Part shown: piece by piece, positions 37,562 through 50,462 of the stretch
How the letters are laid out: every line of letters starts with the position of its first letter
Position numbering within the stretch: position 1 is the stretch's first letter
Assembly: GCF_006345805.1 (NCBI RefSeq)
Contig: NC_043003.1
Location: 72,788,001 to 72,852,000, forward strand
Source: Octopus sinensis
Taxonomy: Eukaryota
Length of the DNA: 64,000 nucleotides
Direction of reading: 5' to 3'
The notes under the pieces: model-generated
What the model saw: only the letters and a program-made list of their open reading frames with translations
What the model was told of the DNA's origin: nothing
Databases searched by the model: none
Position numbers and translations under genes: made by a program

Positions 37562-39230
37562 CTAGCAGAAATACCCGGCGTTGCCCGTGTTACGTACAAT
37601 TGAACAATTAGACTTTTCTGTTATATTTTCTCTAATGAAAAGGAATATCTGTTTCGAATTTCATCAAAATTGCAGATGAGGGTTATTTCCCTCTTTACAC
37701 CCCCCCCCCAAACAATTGTAATCGTGCCACATATATCCCATACTATTGATTTTTATGCGCATATTCCAAAATTCCAGTTTTATTGAACCTGTTAAAAGAT
37801 TTTGCTTCTGAAAAATGAAGGTCAAAGAGCTCTAAAATGTGAGAGTTAAGGCCCCTGTTGGGGGTGGGCATCTTAATGTCAACCAGAGAAGTTGAATTGT
37901 TGAGAATCTTTTTTACTTGGGTCTTATATCTATTGTTTGAATTTCTTTGAAATAGGAAATAAATGTTCAGTGGGTTTGTAAAAGAGAGCAAAGCTACAGG
38001 AAACCAAAATACGAATGAGCACAATAAGCAGCCAGTTACCCTACCCTAGCCGTTACCACTCCCAATGTAGGATTCCTCACCATGCAGGTGACAGGCACAG
38101 CCGTAAGATGCATTACAAATCTATAACAATTGGAAGTTGCGTGACCCAACTGAAATAAACATTAACAACTGTGTGACGTGAGGGCTAAGGAGAAATGAAA
38201 GATGGAGTTTGCAAATGACCACTATACTGATACGTAACTGGACAGAATAAATTTACAATCTATAAATGTCTTTGAATAACCAGTGACTCATCTGGGAAGG
38301 CCTTGAAATCAATGTTACCATCTGGGGACAATGTGTGACCGAGTGATAATAAAAAGACTGAAAGGATGTCTGCAATCAAATAACTTTACTCAACACTTTG
38401 CAACTGAATCAGTGGAGGCAAAGATGCCTCTCATTTACTTGACAATTTATGCACCACATTGCAGAAATCACAATCTAAGTGTATGTCAAAGCAAACTCTT
38501 ACACTCTTTCACAATTGAATTACAATCAATGCTCATCTTCTATGCTCGGATGACCCGACAGCTTCCAAGAGTACAACTATTTGTTTTTGCTTAGATAAAA
38601 TGACAAAATTGTGGGTGTTAAATCCCCATGAAGGGGTCTTTCTAATTTGTAAGAAGTTGAAATTTTATATATATTACTTCATTTGTATCTAATATCTATG
38701 GTTAAAATTTCATCAACTGCAAAAATATACGAATTGTCATGGGGGTTGTGGCCCTTTTGCATAGAATATAATTTTCAAATTTCGTAAAGATCCATTCAGT
38801 ACTTTTGACTTAGTTTTGTATCATAAAAGAAATGACTAAAATTTGGGAGTTAAGGCCCCCATTAGGGTGTCTTAGAATCCTTATGTGTAGTGGAAACTTT
38901 GAGAATACTTCTTGATGTGTGTCAATTACCCATGGTTGAAATTTAATCAACATCGAAAATCTATGTATTTTCATGGGGGGTTCTGCCCCTTTTAAGCCAT
39001 CCGAAATTCAAACCAAACATATTGCATTATACCCGCCCTTATGCATTGAATCTAAGTTTCAAATATCATAAGGATCCATTCAGAAATTTTGGTCCATGAA
39101 ATTGTATGAAACACACAGCATTACCCTTCTCCTTGGGCTTCGATTTTGTGTTCCAAATGTCATTATGATCGGTGCAGCAGTTTTCGAATGTATAAGTAAT
39201 ACACGAACACATTGTCTTTGATATAATAAA
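37562..39230 (-). mobile_element. Non-autonomous Helitron-like element
   Basis: Minus-strand 3' end 'cgggcaacgccgggtatttctgCTAGt' (GC hairpin + CTAG). The 5' end region 'aaaactgctgcaccgatcataatgacatttgg' is typical of such elements. Confidence 0.6.
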
Positions 39231-39297
39231 TATGAATGTACACATATACATACATGTATAAATATATGTGTGTGCGCGCGCGTGTGTGTGTATTATA

Positions 39298-39340
<43 letters not shown>

Positions 39341-39349
39341 TATATATAC

Positions 39350-40280
<931 letters not shown>

Positions 40281-40589
40281 TGTGTGTGTGTGTGTGTATG
40301 TGTATATATGTATGCATGTATATATGTGAATATATATGTGTACATATTACATGTACATCTATATATATATACATCTACAGATATACATGTAAACATATAC
40401 ATCTATATGTATAGAAATAAATGTATAGATATACAGCTATACACACATACACACACACACATACATAGGTGCAGGTGTGGCTGTGTGGTAACAAACTTCG
40501 TTCCAAAACACATGGTCCTGAGTTAAAAATTAAATTTAAAATAATAAGGTTGAGAAATTGAATATTAATTTGATTAATATGAATTGAAA

Positions 40590-41152
40590 ACTAGTGGTGT
40601 TGCATACATGAAGGTATCATCATTACCAATCAACATTACCAATAGCGGATCTTCTTCTAGCAAAATGGATGTCCACTGTTAATGGTTCACCCCTCTTATA
40701 TAATAGTTTGACTTTAATAGTTTCAGTATTAAAGTGAAAGTATCTGACATTACAATAGAGAGACGTTTTTGTTTCACTTTCAACACGTAATACTGAAATA
40801 GTGGAGAAGATATGATATTGTTGTGGGCTCGCCCTAGGCAAGAAGTTAGAAGTTGTTTTGCCCATGACACTATATAGACCCTAAGTAATGCATGTGTAAA
40901 ATTCGAATGAAATTGGTTGTGTAGTTCTCAAGTTTTAGGGATTCATAGTGGAGAAGATATGATATTGCTGTGTGCTCGCCCTAGGCAAAAATTTTAAAAT
41001 ATTTTGCCCATGACACTCCCTGGACCCTAAGCAAGGCATGTGTAAAATTTGAATGAAATTGGTTGTGTAGTTCTCAAGTTTTAGGGATTCACACAGACAG
41101 ACAGAGAGACAGACAGACACACATTCTCAGTTTTATATATATATATATAGAT
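40590..41152 (-). mobile_element. Non-autonomous Helitron-like element with a ~148-bp internal tandem duplication
   Basis: Minus 5' end 'tctatatatata...aaaactgagaatgtgtgtctgtctg'; unit 'atagtggagaagatatgatattg...aagttttagggattca' occurs twice (~40798-40945, ~40946-41091). Confidence 0.65.
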
Positions 41153-41755
41153 ATACTAAACACCAATACTTGACTGGTATACTTTGTTTTATCAACGTTA
41201 GAAAAGATGACTTCGGTGTTGACTTCGGTGGGACTCGAAATCGGAACTGAATATCACAAGACATTTTATCTGATGCTGTAACGATTCAGTTAATTTAATG
41301 CCAGCAACATTCGGCAACAAAAATACATCTACCACAACAACAAGAGGAACGAAAACAACAGCAGTAACAGCAACAATAACATTAGTTTTATGATTTCTTA
41401 CAAAGCATCAACGCCGCCATCACCGCCATCCCAGATAAAGCAATAAAGATTATAATTTAATTTGCATCCACCAATTTACAACTTCCATAGTTTTACATGA
41501 TATTATGGCCGTCGATTCAATATATATTATATATAGAGAAAACCGTTTCAAAAACATATAATATGATAAATGTTGATAAAACACAAATCATGATGTTTAA
41601 TATAGCATTTTTGTAATTCAACAAGAAATGTGGATAAAAATATTATCATTGATAAAAGTCTAAAAACAACAAACTGTGCCGCAACTTTGTATTCAGTTAT
41701 ATGTGCATATATGCGAGTGAGTATGTGTCTCTGTGTGTAGTGTGTGTGTGTGTGT

Positions 41756-41794
<39 letters not shown>

Positions 41795-41948
41795 GTATGT
41801 ATGTGTGTGTGCGTTTATGTATGTATATATGTATAACATTAATATAAACACAGGACGGGTACACACATACATATATACAACAAGTTGTATAAATATATTC
41901 GTAATGTATATATATGCATATGTATAAGTATACCCCCTATATATATAT

Positions 41949-42010
<62 letters not shown>

Positions 42011-42818
42011 GTATAACTTACATATATATATATATATGTATAACTTACATATAATATTACAGGCATTATATATGTTCATGTGTATGTAATTGGGTGTGTG
42101 AGTGTACGTGTGCGTATGTGCGTAATGTTTCTATTGTACAAATAGTCTAATTGAATTCGAGTCCTGTAACCTAAGCAGTTTGCATTTGGTTACTGCTGCT
42201 CTGTTCTTTATCAGTAAATACCATTTTGTCAATAATTGGCTTGCATGGCGTACAATCGAATGCATTAGATGATTGTAACCAGGGAATATCGCCAAAATAG
42301 AAAATAACAAATACAATAATTACAACAATAACAACAACAACAACAACAACAACAACAATAACAAGATGATGAACAACAACAAAAAAGGTTTATTTTTAAA
42401 CATTTCTGAATATGATCAACTTCTACAACAACAACAACCGCAGCAGCAGCAGCAACAACAACAACAACAACAACAACAAAACGGATATACTTAAGAACCA
42501 GCAAGCGGACGAAAGGAAAAGAAATGAAAGGAAAAAATGAAAAGAAAAAATAGAAAAAACAAAATGTAATGAGTCAAAAAGCAAAATAGAGAAAATAAGA
42601 AAAATAACCGAAAATCAAGAAAAAAGAAGAGCAAATGCGAATTTCCATGCATCAATCAAAGAATTAGAGAAATGTTGACTGATCTAAGTAATCTAGTTTA
42701 TTTTTCCTATTCTGGTGTACATTACAGATTGATATGTAGAAGCCGTAATGTAGTTTTAGTTTAGCAAGTAGAAATAACTAATGTACATAGATCTACATAC
42801 ATACATACGTACAGGCAG

Positions 42819-42938
<120 letters not shown>

Positions 42939-43073
42939 TGTAGATAAATATGCACACATATTTATGTACAAATATATACATATATTTACGTGTGTGTATA
43001 TATATAATTATATATACATTGGCAAGCCCGTATATGTGCACATATATGTGTGTGTATGCATGTCTCTCCCCGC

Positions 43074-43104
<31 letters not shown>

Positions 43105-43399
43105 GCATGTATATATATAGAATGGACTCTTCCGTCGTTAGACGACGTATCAGGGTTCGATAATTTCTTATCCACACAGATGATTTGTTTACAGTGATCA
43201 AATGTTTGTGTACACATTAGCCCACTCCCTCCATCAAATCAACATTACCAATACAGGTGCAACTGGTGCCACATGTTAGATGACGATTGATCGCAGAGCA
43301 ACGTGAAATGAAGAGCACAACGCAACGCCCGCTCTGGCAATCGAACCACGATCGAACCACAATCACAAGTGCAACATCTTAACCACTGAGCCATGTTTC

Positions 43400-43621
43400 A
43401 GAAATGTAACCACACGCGGATTGTTAGCAATCTTTCCTTATTTTTACTTCTTTCTCCTTGGACTTTCCCTTTTTCCAACGAAGTGGAAAGCTCGAAACGT
43501 TAACAACAGCGTTTTCCCTTCACTGAGCGTTTAATTAATATATTTCCTGTGCACGTCCTAACATTCGTTTATTACATTCTTTTTCTTTGTTTGTTGGTTT
43601 AGTTGATTTTTTATTATTTAT

Positions 43622-43689
<68 letters not shown>

Positions 43690-43900
43690 TCTCCATGTTG
43701 ATTCGCTAGCCTCTGCACGCATTCTTTTTCTCTCCTTGTTTCTCTCCGTGTTTCTTTTCTGTGTATCTTTCTGTTGAAGAGCGTAGGCTCGAAACGTAAA
43801 ACTTGTTTTATTATATTCCTGAGCGCCATACTAATACAATTGGTTTGTTTGTATCCACCTGCCTTCGTCTTTTGTTTATTTTCATAAAGCTTCCCGTTAT
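43400..43900 (+). mobile_element. Two PLE 3'-end fragments with degenerate/variant hammerheads
   Basis: 43472-43504 'ttccaacgaagtggaaagctcgaaacgttaac'; 43768-43801 TTT-CTGTTGA-A-GAGC-gtag-GCTC-GAAA-CGT-A-AAA. Separated and followed by (TA)n. Confidence 0.75.
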
Positions 43901-43902
43901 AT

Positions 43903-43955
<53 letters not shown>

Positions 43956-44025
43956 GTCACAAACAACTACATATACATATTATATTTCATACGTACATAT
44001 ATGTATGTACATGAGTGTGTTGGCC

Positions 44026-44865
44026 GAACGAAGGTGATGCCAAAAGTGGGCATAACTTTTTTGTTAACTGTCATAAGATCGTTCAAACTGCTGATGTTGG
44101 GAGAGAAACTATTCTTCTTTACTAACTTCTCTTTCCTGATTTTCAAGCAAAAATAACTTTGCTGTCATTAAGTTTCTACCGAAGGATGAGTGCAGCATGT
44201 CCGACATCCTCGGAAGACTAAATGTTGACATGAACAATGTGCACAGATAGATGGAGTTTAAAGAAGAGGAAACCATATTTTAAAGACAAGCCATGCAGCG
44301 CGGGATGGGGGTGGGGGCACCTTCAACTGCGACCACTGACACAAATCGCAAGTGAGTGGATGCAGCAAGTGTGTCTCAGTCTGTGAGTTCCGTTTCCTTG
44401 ATTTTTGAGGAACGTGGCTATATCGTGAACTTCAAGTAGTACACTGAAACAATAAAAATCCTAAAGACGCTTTCAGAAGGCAAGAACCAAGTAAGATTCT
44501 GATAATGCACATTCACTATGACAATGTGTGACCGCACACATCTCTGACAAAGCAAGCAATTGGCAAATTAGTTTGGACAATTATCCCTAAGCCATCACAA
44601 AGCTATTTGCTTGGCCCAACGAAAGACAGTCTTCGAGCATTTGATGACCATATGGTGAAAATGATTTTGAAGGAGTGGGTACAAGAGTACTCACTTGGAT
44701 TTTTTCAAAGGAGATTTGGAAGTTGATCTCAGCAATGACGTAAGTAGAATAACAGTAATGAAAACCATGTTGAGTAACACCTTCGTAAAGAGAAAAGGTT
44801 GTGAAATTTGAATGACCTATGTCAGTTAATAAAAAAGTTATGCTTACTTATTTCAGTAGTTTCGT
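44026..44865 (+). mobile_element. Old internally deleted mariner-like DNA transposon
   Basis: Imperfect TIRs 'acgaaggtgatgccaaaagtgggcataactttttt' / 'aaaaaagttatgcttacttatttcagtagtttcgt'; remnant 'HYDNV*PHTS' resembles the mariner HDNARPH motif. Confidence 0.65.
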
Positions 44866-45000
44866 TTGAAACTAAATACATACATACATAAATACCTAGA
44901 AACATACATACATACATACACACACATATATACATATATACTCACATATATACGTATATATTTATGCATATTTCATACATATACTTATATATATACATAG

Positions 45001-45112
45001 GATCCGGACAAAAGCCCTCTAGGACAAAACCCCACGGACAAAAGCCCCTCGGAAAAAAACCCAATGGTTAAAGTGTGAAAGTGGACAGAAGCCCCTCGGA
45101 CAAAGGCCCTAC
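45001..45112. repeat. Short tandem 'ggacaaaagccc' repeats (DNA-transposon terminus-like)
   Basis: About six copies of ggaca(a/g)aa(g/c)ccc. Confidence 0.6.
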
Positions 45113-46132
45113 GGTTATATTTTTCGGTTCTTTTTTTTTTACTTGTTGCAGCTATTAGAATGTGTCCATACTGGGGCACAACCTTGAGGAATTTTTAGTC
45201 GAATGTATCGACTGCAGGAATCCTTTTTAGGTGATTTTTCACCAACACATGAAGTTAAGCCTAGAAGGTCTCTCCACATGCTGGAAATAACAGCCAAATC
45301 TTACATTTTTAAAAATAATTTTACGTAAACAAAAACGGAAATTGCGGTTGGAAAAAAAAACTTTTATTTTCAAAAATTCTAATTTTTAAAGAAATAAAAT
45401 ATATTCAATCGAAAATAAATAAGTAGAATAGAATAACAGAACACAAGACTCTTTACTACTCAATGTCCATATTGTCTGAATTCTAAGAACAGGGAAAGCA
45501 TTTACTTCAAGAAATGTGTAGAAACATAAAAACGACAAAAAGAACGTTTGAATGACTAGCCTTCGGCGCCATAATTCTATTAGACCTTCGACAATTGGAG
45601 AAAGTTCAAATGGTCAGCTTCTTCTCATTAATATGTAAGTGCTGAGTGAAGAAAATAAAAGACTTTAAAGGTACATTTTAAAATGCTGATTTTTCTGCAA
45701 CTAAAAATTCTTCAAGGTTATGACCCAGTATGGCCGCAGTCTAATAACTTTAACAAGTAAAAATAAAAAAAAAATTCTGGCGTCGATACGTTCAACTAAA
45801 AATTCTTATATATAGATATAATATAATATATATATTATAATTATATAATATATATATACACATACACATAAGCATACTACGCATAAAAGCACATACACCA
45901 CACATATAGATATACATATAGATATATACACATAAATATAAAAGCATGACCACAAGTGCATAAACATACGCACACAGGCACATATACCTGCATACATACA
46001 CAGAGAAAACGTACATACACATATACCTTAGCGTATAATAAGAACTAATAAAAAATGAAAGGTAGTTAATAAGACTATTTAAGGTTAATGAAAAGGAATT
46101 TGGGCATATGTTTACAAGAAAAAGTCTTTGAA

Positions 46133-46171
<39 letters not shown>

Positions 46172-46429
46172 CATATATACATACATATATATATACGCAC
46201 ACACACACACATATATATATACATATATACTTATAAATCTATATATACACATCTATGCATATACATCTATACATATACATCTATATATATATAGATATAT
46301 ATATACATACATATATGTATGTATATATACATATATATATATACATATATATATACGTACACATACATATATACAAATGTATACATGCATACATATATTT
46401 ATACGTACATACATATATGTAAACACAGC

Positions 46430-46651
46430 GGTCATTTCAAAATGTAACCACAAGTGAATCGTTGGCGATTCTTTCCTCCGCCTTCCTTTTCTCTTGGACT
46501 TTCCTCCATCTCCCGTTTCTGACGAAGAGCTTTGCTCGAAACGTAAAACTACCTGTCTTACTTTCCCTGAGCATCTGCTAATACTTTGCATGTACCTCTT
46601 CCTCGTGTCATCGTTTTTTCTTGTTTTCTTGTTTTTTTTTATTTGATTTGC

Positions 46652-46655
<4 letters not shown>
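46430..46655 (+). mobile_element. PLE 3'-end fragment (family A) with canonical-core minimal hammerhead at 46515-46549
   Basis: GTTT-CTGACGA-A-GAGC-ttt-GCTC-GAAA-CGT-A-AAAC (GUA site). Confidence 0.85.
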
Positions 46656-46695
<40 letters not shown>

Positions 46696-46779
46696 CACAT
46701 ATACATTTATACATATACATATATATATATATATGCATATATACCTACATACATATGTGCGGATGTATATACACATATA

Positions 46780-48067
46780 CGAGGGGCGTTCAATAAGTAA
46801 TGCCCCTGACCCACTTCCCATAGAGCAACGAAACTTGGCACAGTTATTAGTCTTTTTCTACATAGGAACCACCCAGAGTTACGCATTTCTCCCATCGTTT
46901 GATGCAGCTCTGAAGACCGTTTTTGTAGAAGACCCCAGCTTGGTCCTCCAACCACGACGTGACTTCAGAAATCAAAGCTGCATCATCTGGGAAACGCTTT
47001 CCTTTCAAAGACAACTTCATGGCTGGGAAGAGGTGAAAATCAGAGGGTGCAGGTTCGGAGAATAGGGAGAATGGGGGATGAGTTCATAGCCGCACGCCTG
47101 TGCTTCTGATCTGGTGACACGCGAGTTGTGGATCGGAGCGTTTTCCTGCAGGAGGAGGATGCCTTTGCTGATCTTGCACCGCCTCTTGATTTTGATAGCT
47201 TCTCTTAATTTCCTCAAAAGTGAAGCATAATAGACTCCTGTAATTATGGCACCCTTTGCCAAGAAATCTGTCATCACTACTCCGTCCTGGTCCCAGAAGA
47301 CTGTGAGCATGACCTTGCCAGCGGAGGGCTGCACCCTTGCCTTCTTTGGAGGAGGTGAGTCACGGTGCTTCCACTGCATTGACTGGGCTTTGGTCTCTGG
47401 ATCATCGTGATGGACCCAGGTTTCATCCTGTGTAATCAGTCTTTTAAAAAATTTTGACTCATCTTCTTGGTACATCTTCAAATTCATCCTCGCGCAATCG
47501 ACACGTTCTTGCTTCTAGAAAGGTGTGAGCAGCCTGGGAATCCATCTGGCAGACACCTTTTGCATATGCAAATGGTCATGAATGATAGTTCTACAGACCC
47601 CGACCCGTAGTAATCTTGACCTCATGGGCTATTGGCGAACTAGTTATGTGTCGATCTTCCAAAATGGCAGCCTCAACTTGACGGACAGATGCCTCATCAA
47701 TGGCAGAAGGGGTCGACCAGATCTGGGAGCTGTTTCCACAAAGTTCCGACAATGTTTGAATTCACGATGCCAGCGTTTTACAAGGTCATATGATGGGGCA
47801 TCATCACCATAAGTTACTTTTATTTCATCAAAAGTCTCCCGTGTGTGCGTCCTTTCAAATACAAAAACCGCATCACTGCTCGACACTCAACAGGCTCCGT
47901 TTCACACTTGACTGAGTTCAAACACCTGTAAATCAGAAACCACTATTAGTTCAGAGCTGTAATTTGCCACTTAATCTATAGAGATATCAATAATTGCACA
48001 TGCAAAATTTCAGCTACATCAAACAACTGCAAGTGGGTTAGAGGCATTACTTATTGAACGCCCCTCG
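46780..48067 (-). mobile_element. Full-length (1288 bp) mariner transposon with TA TSD
   Basis: TIRs 'cgaggggcgttcaataagtaatgcc' (46780) and 'ggcattacttattgaacgcccctcg' (ends 48067), flanked by TA. Confidence 0.95.
46847..47900 (-). pseudogene. Defective mariner transposase
   Basis: 'LITQDETWVHH', 'KVMLTVFWD', 'LLQENA' (catalytic D replaced by E), 'PHSPYSPNL', 'RSGRP'. Start codon appears as ACG; frameshifts and a stop are present. Confidence 0.9.
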
Positions 48068-48073
48068 TATACA

Positions 48074-48149
<76 letters not shown>

Positions 48150-48152
<3 letters not shown>

Positions 48153-48389
48153 CCGGAGTAAACACATAAATGTGAAACAAGGTGGGAAAAAGAGTACTCA
48201 AATACCAGTGGTATAAGTAATATGCTTTATTTAAAGCAGCAGAAAATTCAACAAAACGTGTTACTCTGAGTTTCACGTTCCCGTTCGTCGGACAGTTTTT
48301 GCTAGTTTCTAGCAAAAACTGTCTGACGAACGGGAACGTGAAACTCAGAGTAACAGGTTTTGTTGAATTTTCTGCTGCTTTAAATAAAG
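48150..48389. mobile_element. Head-to-head inverted PLE-like 3' ends forming a ~165-bp palindrome with a hammerhead in each arm
   Basis: 48225-48389 is a near-perfect inverted repeat centred at 48307. Plus arm: AAAACTGT-CTGACGA-ACG-ggaa-CGT-GAAA-CTCAGAG-TA-ACAG. The minus arm has CCGACGA. Confidence 0.8.
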
Positions 48390-49210
48390 TATATATATAT
48401 ATATACATGTACATCTATATCTATATATATATATACATGCATATATATATATATGTACACATGCACACACACTCACACACACACATATATATATTAACAA
48501 GCAGTCTGTTAAACTTGCCTGTCAAAAATAAGTTAGTGATCCAGTGATATGCGGGAAGTGTAAGATATACGAATATTGTATGAAGTTTGAGCTCCGACAA
48601 AAAGATCCTTGGTATGGCTAAGTAATCAAACCACATCTGTAAATTCATAATATATACAGATCTTTCATACTTAGATTATTTAGTTACAGTCATCATGGCT
48701 AAAAGATAATGGAATCTGATCTTTCTCTTTAGATTTACCTTTAACAATATGGTCAATATTGGAATATATTTTGGATTTTCTGACGACTAGAATTACTAAT
48801 ATCTGAAGGCAACAACGTTGTTATTTCGTTTCTATATCGTTTTTCGATTAACTAATTTAACTGTTTTTTGTATAACCGCTAAGTCTCTTGCATTAGGGGT
48901 TTTTTTTTTTTTTTTAGTAATTGATGTTTCTTTTCGTAAAAAAATTGTATCTTTACCAATATATATCGAAATTACTGAAAAAAATCGCAGAAAATCTAGA
49001 ACAACAAAGAAAAGTATTGACGTCTTTAAAAAAAGTTAGAAAATTGTCTATCTTGTTTAGAAGTCAATGACGGTAAATTGTGATCGTCAAAGTTTCAGTA
49101 ACTTCTACTGGAATATCAAAACAGACACTGAAAGAAATCAATGATGGCCGGAATCTGGCTAAAATCCCTAAATGTATTGGTAATTGAATGGTAGAAATAT
49201 ACAATAGCCA

Positions 49211-49259
<49 letters not shown>

Positions 49260-49270
49260 TATATACATAG

Positions 49271-49319
<49 letters not shown>

Positions 49320-49405
49320 ATTGAAGTTCAGTTGAATTTGGTACTTAAGTTGAAGCACCAAGTCAGTCCGGTATTATTCGCACAGCACGAAGTAGGGTGA
49401 ATGAA

Positions 49406-50456
49406 ATCAAAATAAGCAACAGGGTATCAAGTAGTGATGCAGTGCGACCGTTTCAAGCGACTCAACTTAATTGAACAATGCAATCATTACATCAATTTAA
49501 ATGCAGTCCCATCTTCAGCTGCATAATTGAATAAATAGAATTTTAACAAGTAGGACACATTAATATAATTATTCTCAAATATTTTATAATATGGAAGAAA
49601 TTTGTCGCTATTGTAGCTAAGAATAGACTACACTTCCAGCAATCGCATGGATCCTGGTGGGGTTATAGTGCTGTAAGGGATTGTAATTCATTTCTAATTC
49701 ATTTATCTCTTTAACAACTACTAAATCTAAGACTAGAAGACTTTGTTTTGAAGAAAGGACAAGAGTGTGTTGACAGCTCATGGATAAGTAACTGTCTACT
49801 TATTTTGGAGCACTCTATATCATAACAATATTGTTTATAATCAACTACCCATAGTGCTTCAAAATAAATTTTCCTCTATTAAAATCTTAGGTTTCTTAGC
49901 GTCTTACCCCTTTAACTGGTAATTAACATCATGATTTAAAATTTACACCTACTTCGCCTCTTTTATACACAGTTACTTATATCCAACTGACTACTCCTAA
50001 TATCTTATTTCCTCTCCGAGGAAAAGGGATACATATGTTAATATTCATGACCATACCTATCCATGAGCTGTCAACTCACTCTTGTCCTTTATTCAAAATA
50101 GACACAGTCTTCTAGTTTTAGATTTAGTAGTTGATAAAGAGATAAATGAATTAGAAATGAATTACAATTCCTTACAGCACTATAAATCTACCAGGCTCCA
50201 TGCGATTTTTGGAAGTGTAGTCTATTCTTAACTACAATAGCAACAACATGAATTTCTTCCATCTTCTTATTCTTTTAAAATATTTGAGAAAAATTATATT
50301 AATGTGTCCTACTTGTTAAAATTCTATTTGTTTATTTGTGCAGCTGAAGATGGCACTGCATTTAAATTGATGTAATGATTGCATTGTTCAATCAAATGGA
50401 GTCACTTGAAACAGTCGCACTGCATCACTACTTGATATCCTGTTGCTCATTTTGAT
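49406..50456. repeat. Long inverted repeat (~385-bp arms, ~270-bp spacer); MITE/foldback-like
   Basis: 49406-~49790 is the reverse complement of ~50058-50456, e.g. 'ttgaacaatgcaatcattacatcaatttaaatgcagt' vs 'actgcatttaaattgatgtaatgattgcattgttcaa'. Confidence 0.85.
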
Positions 50457-50462
50457 ATATAT

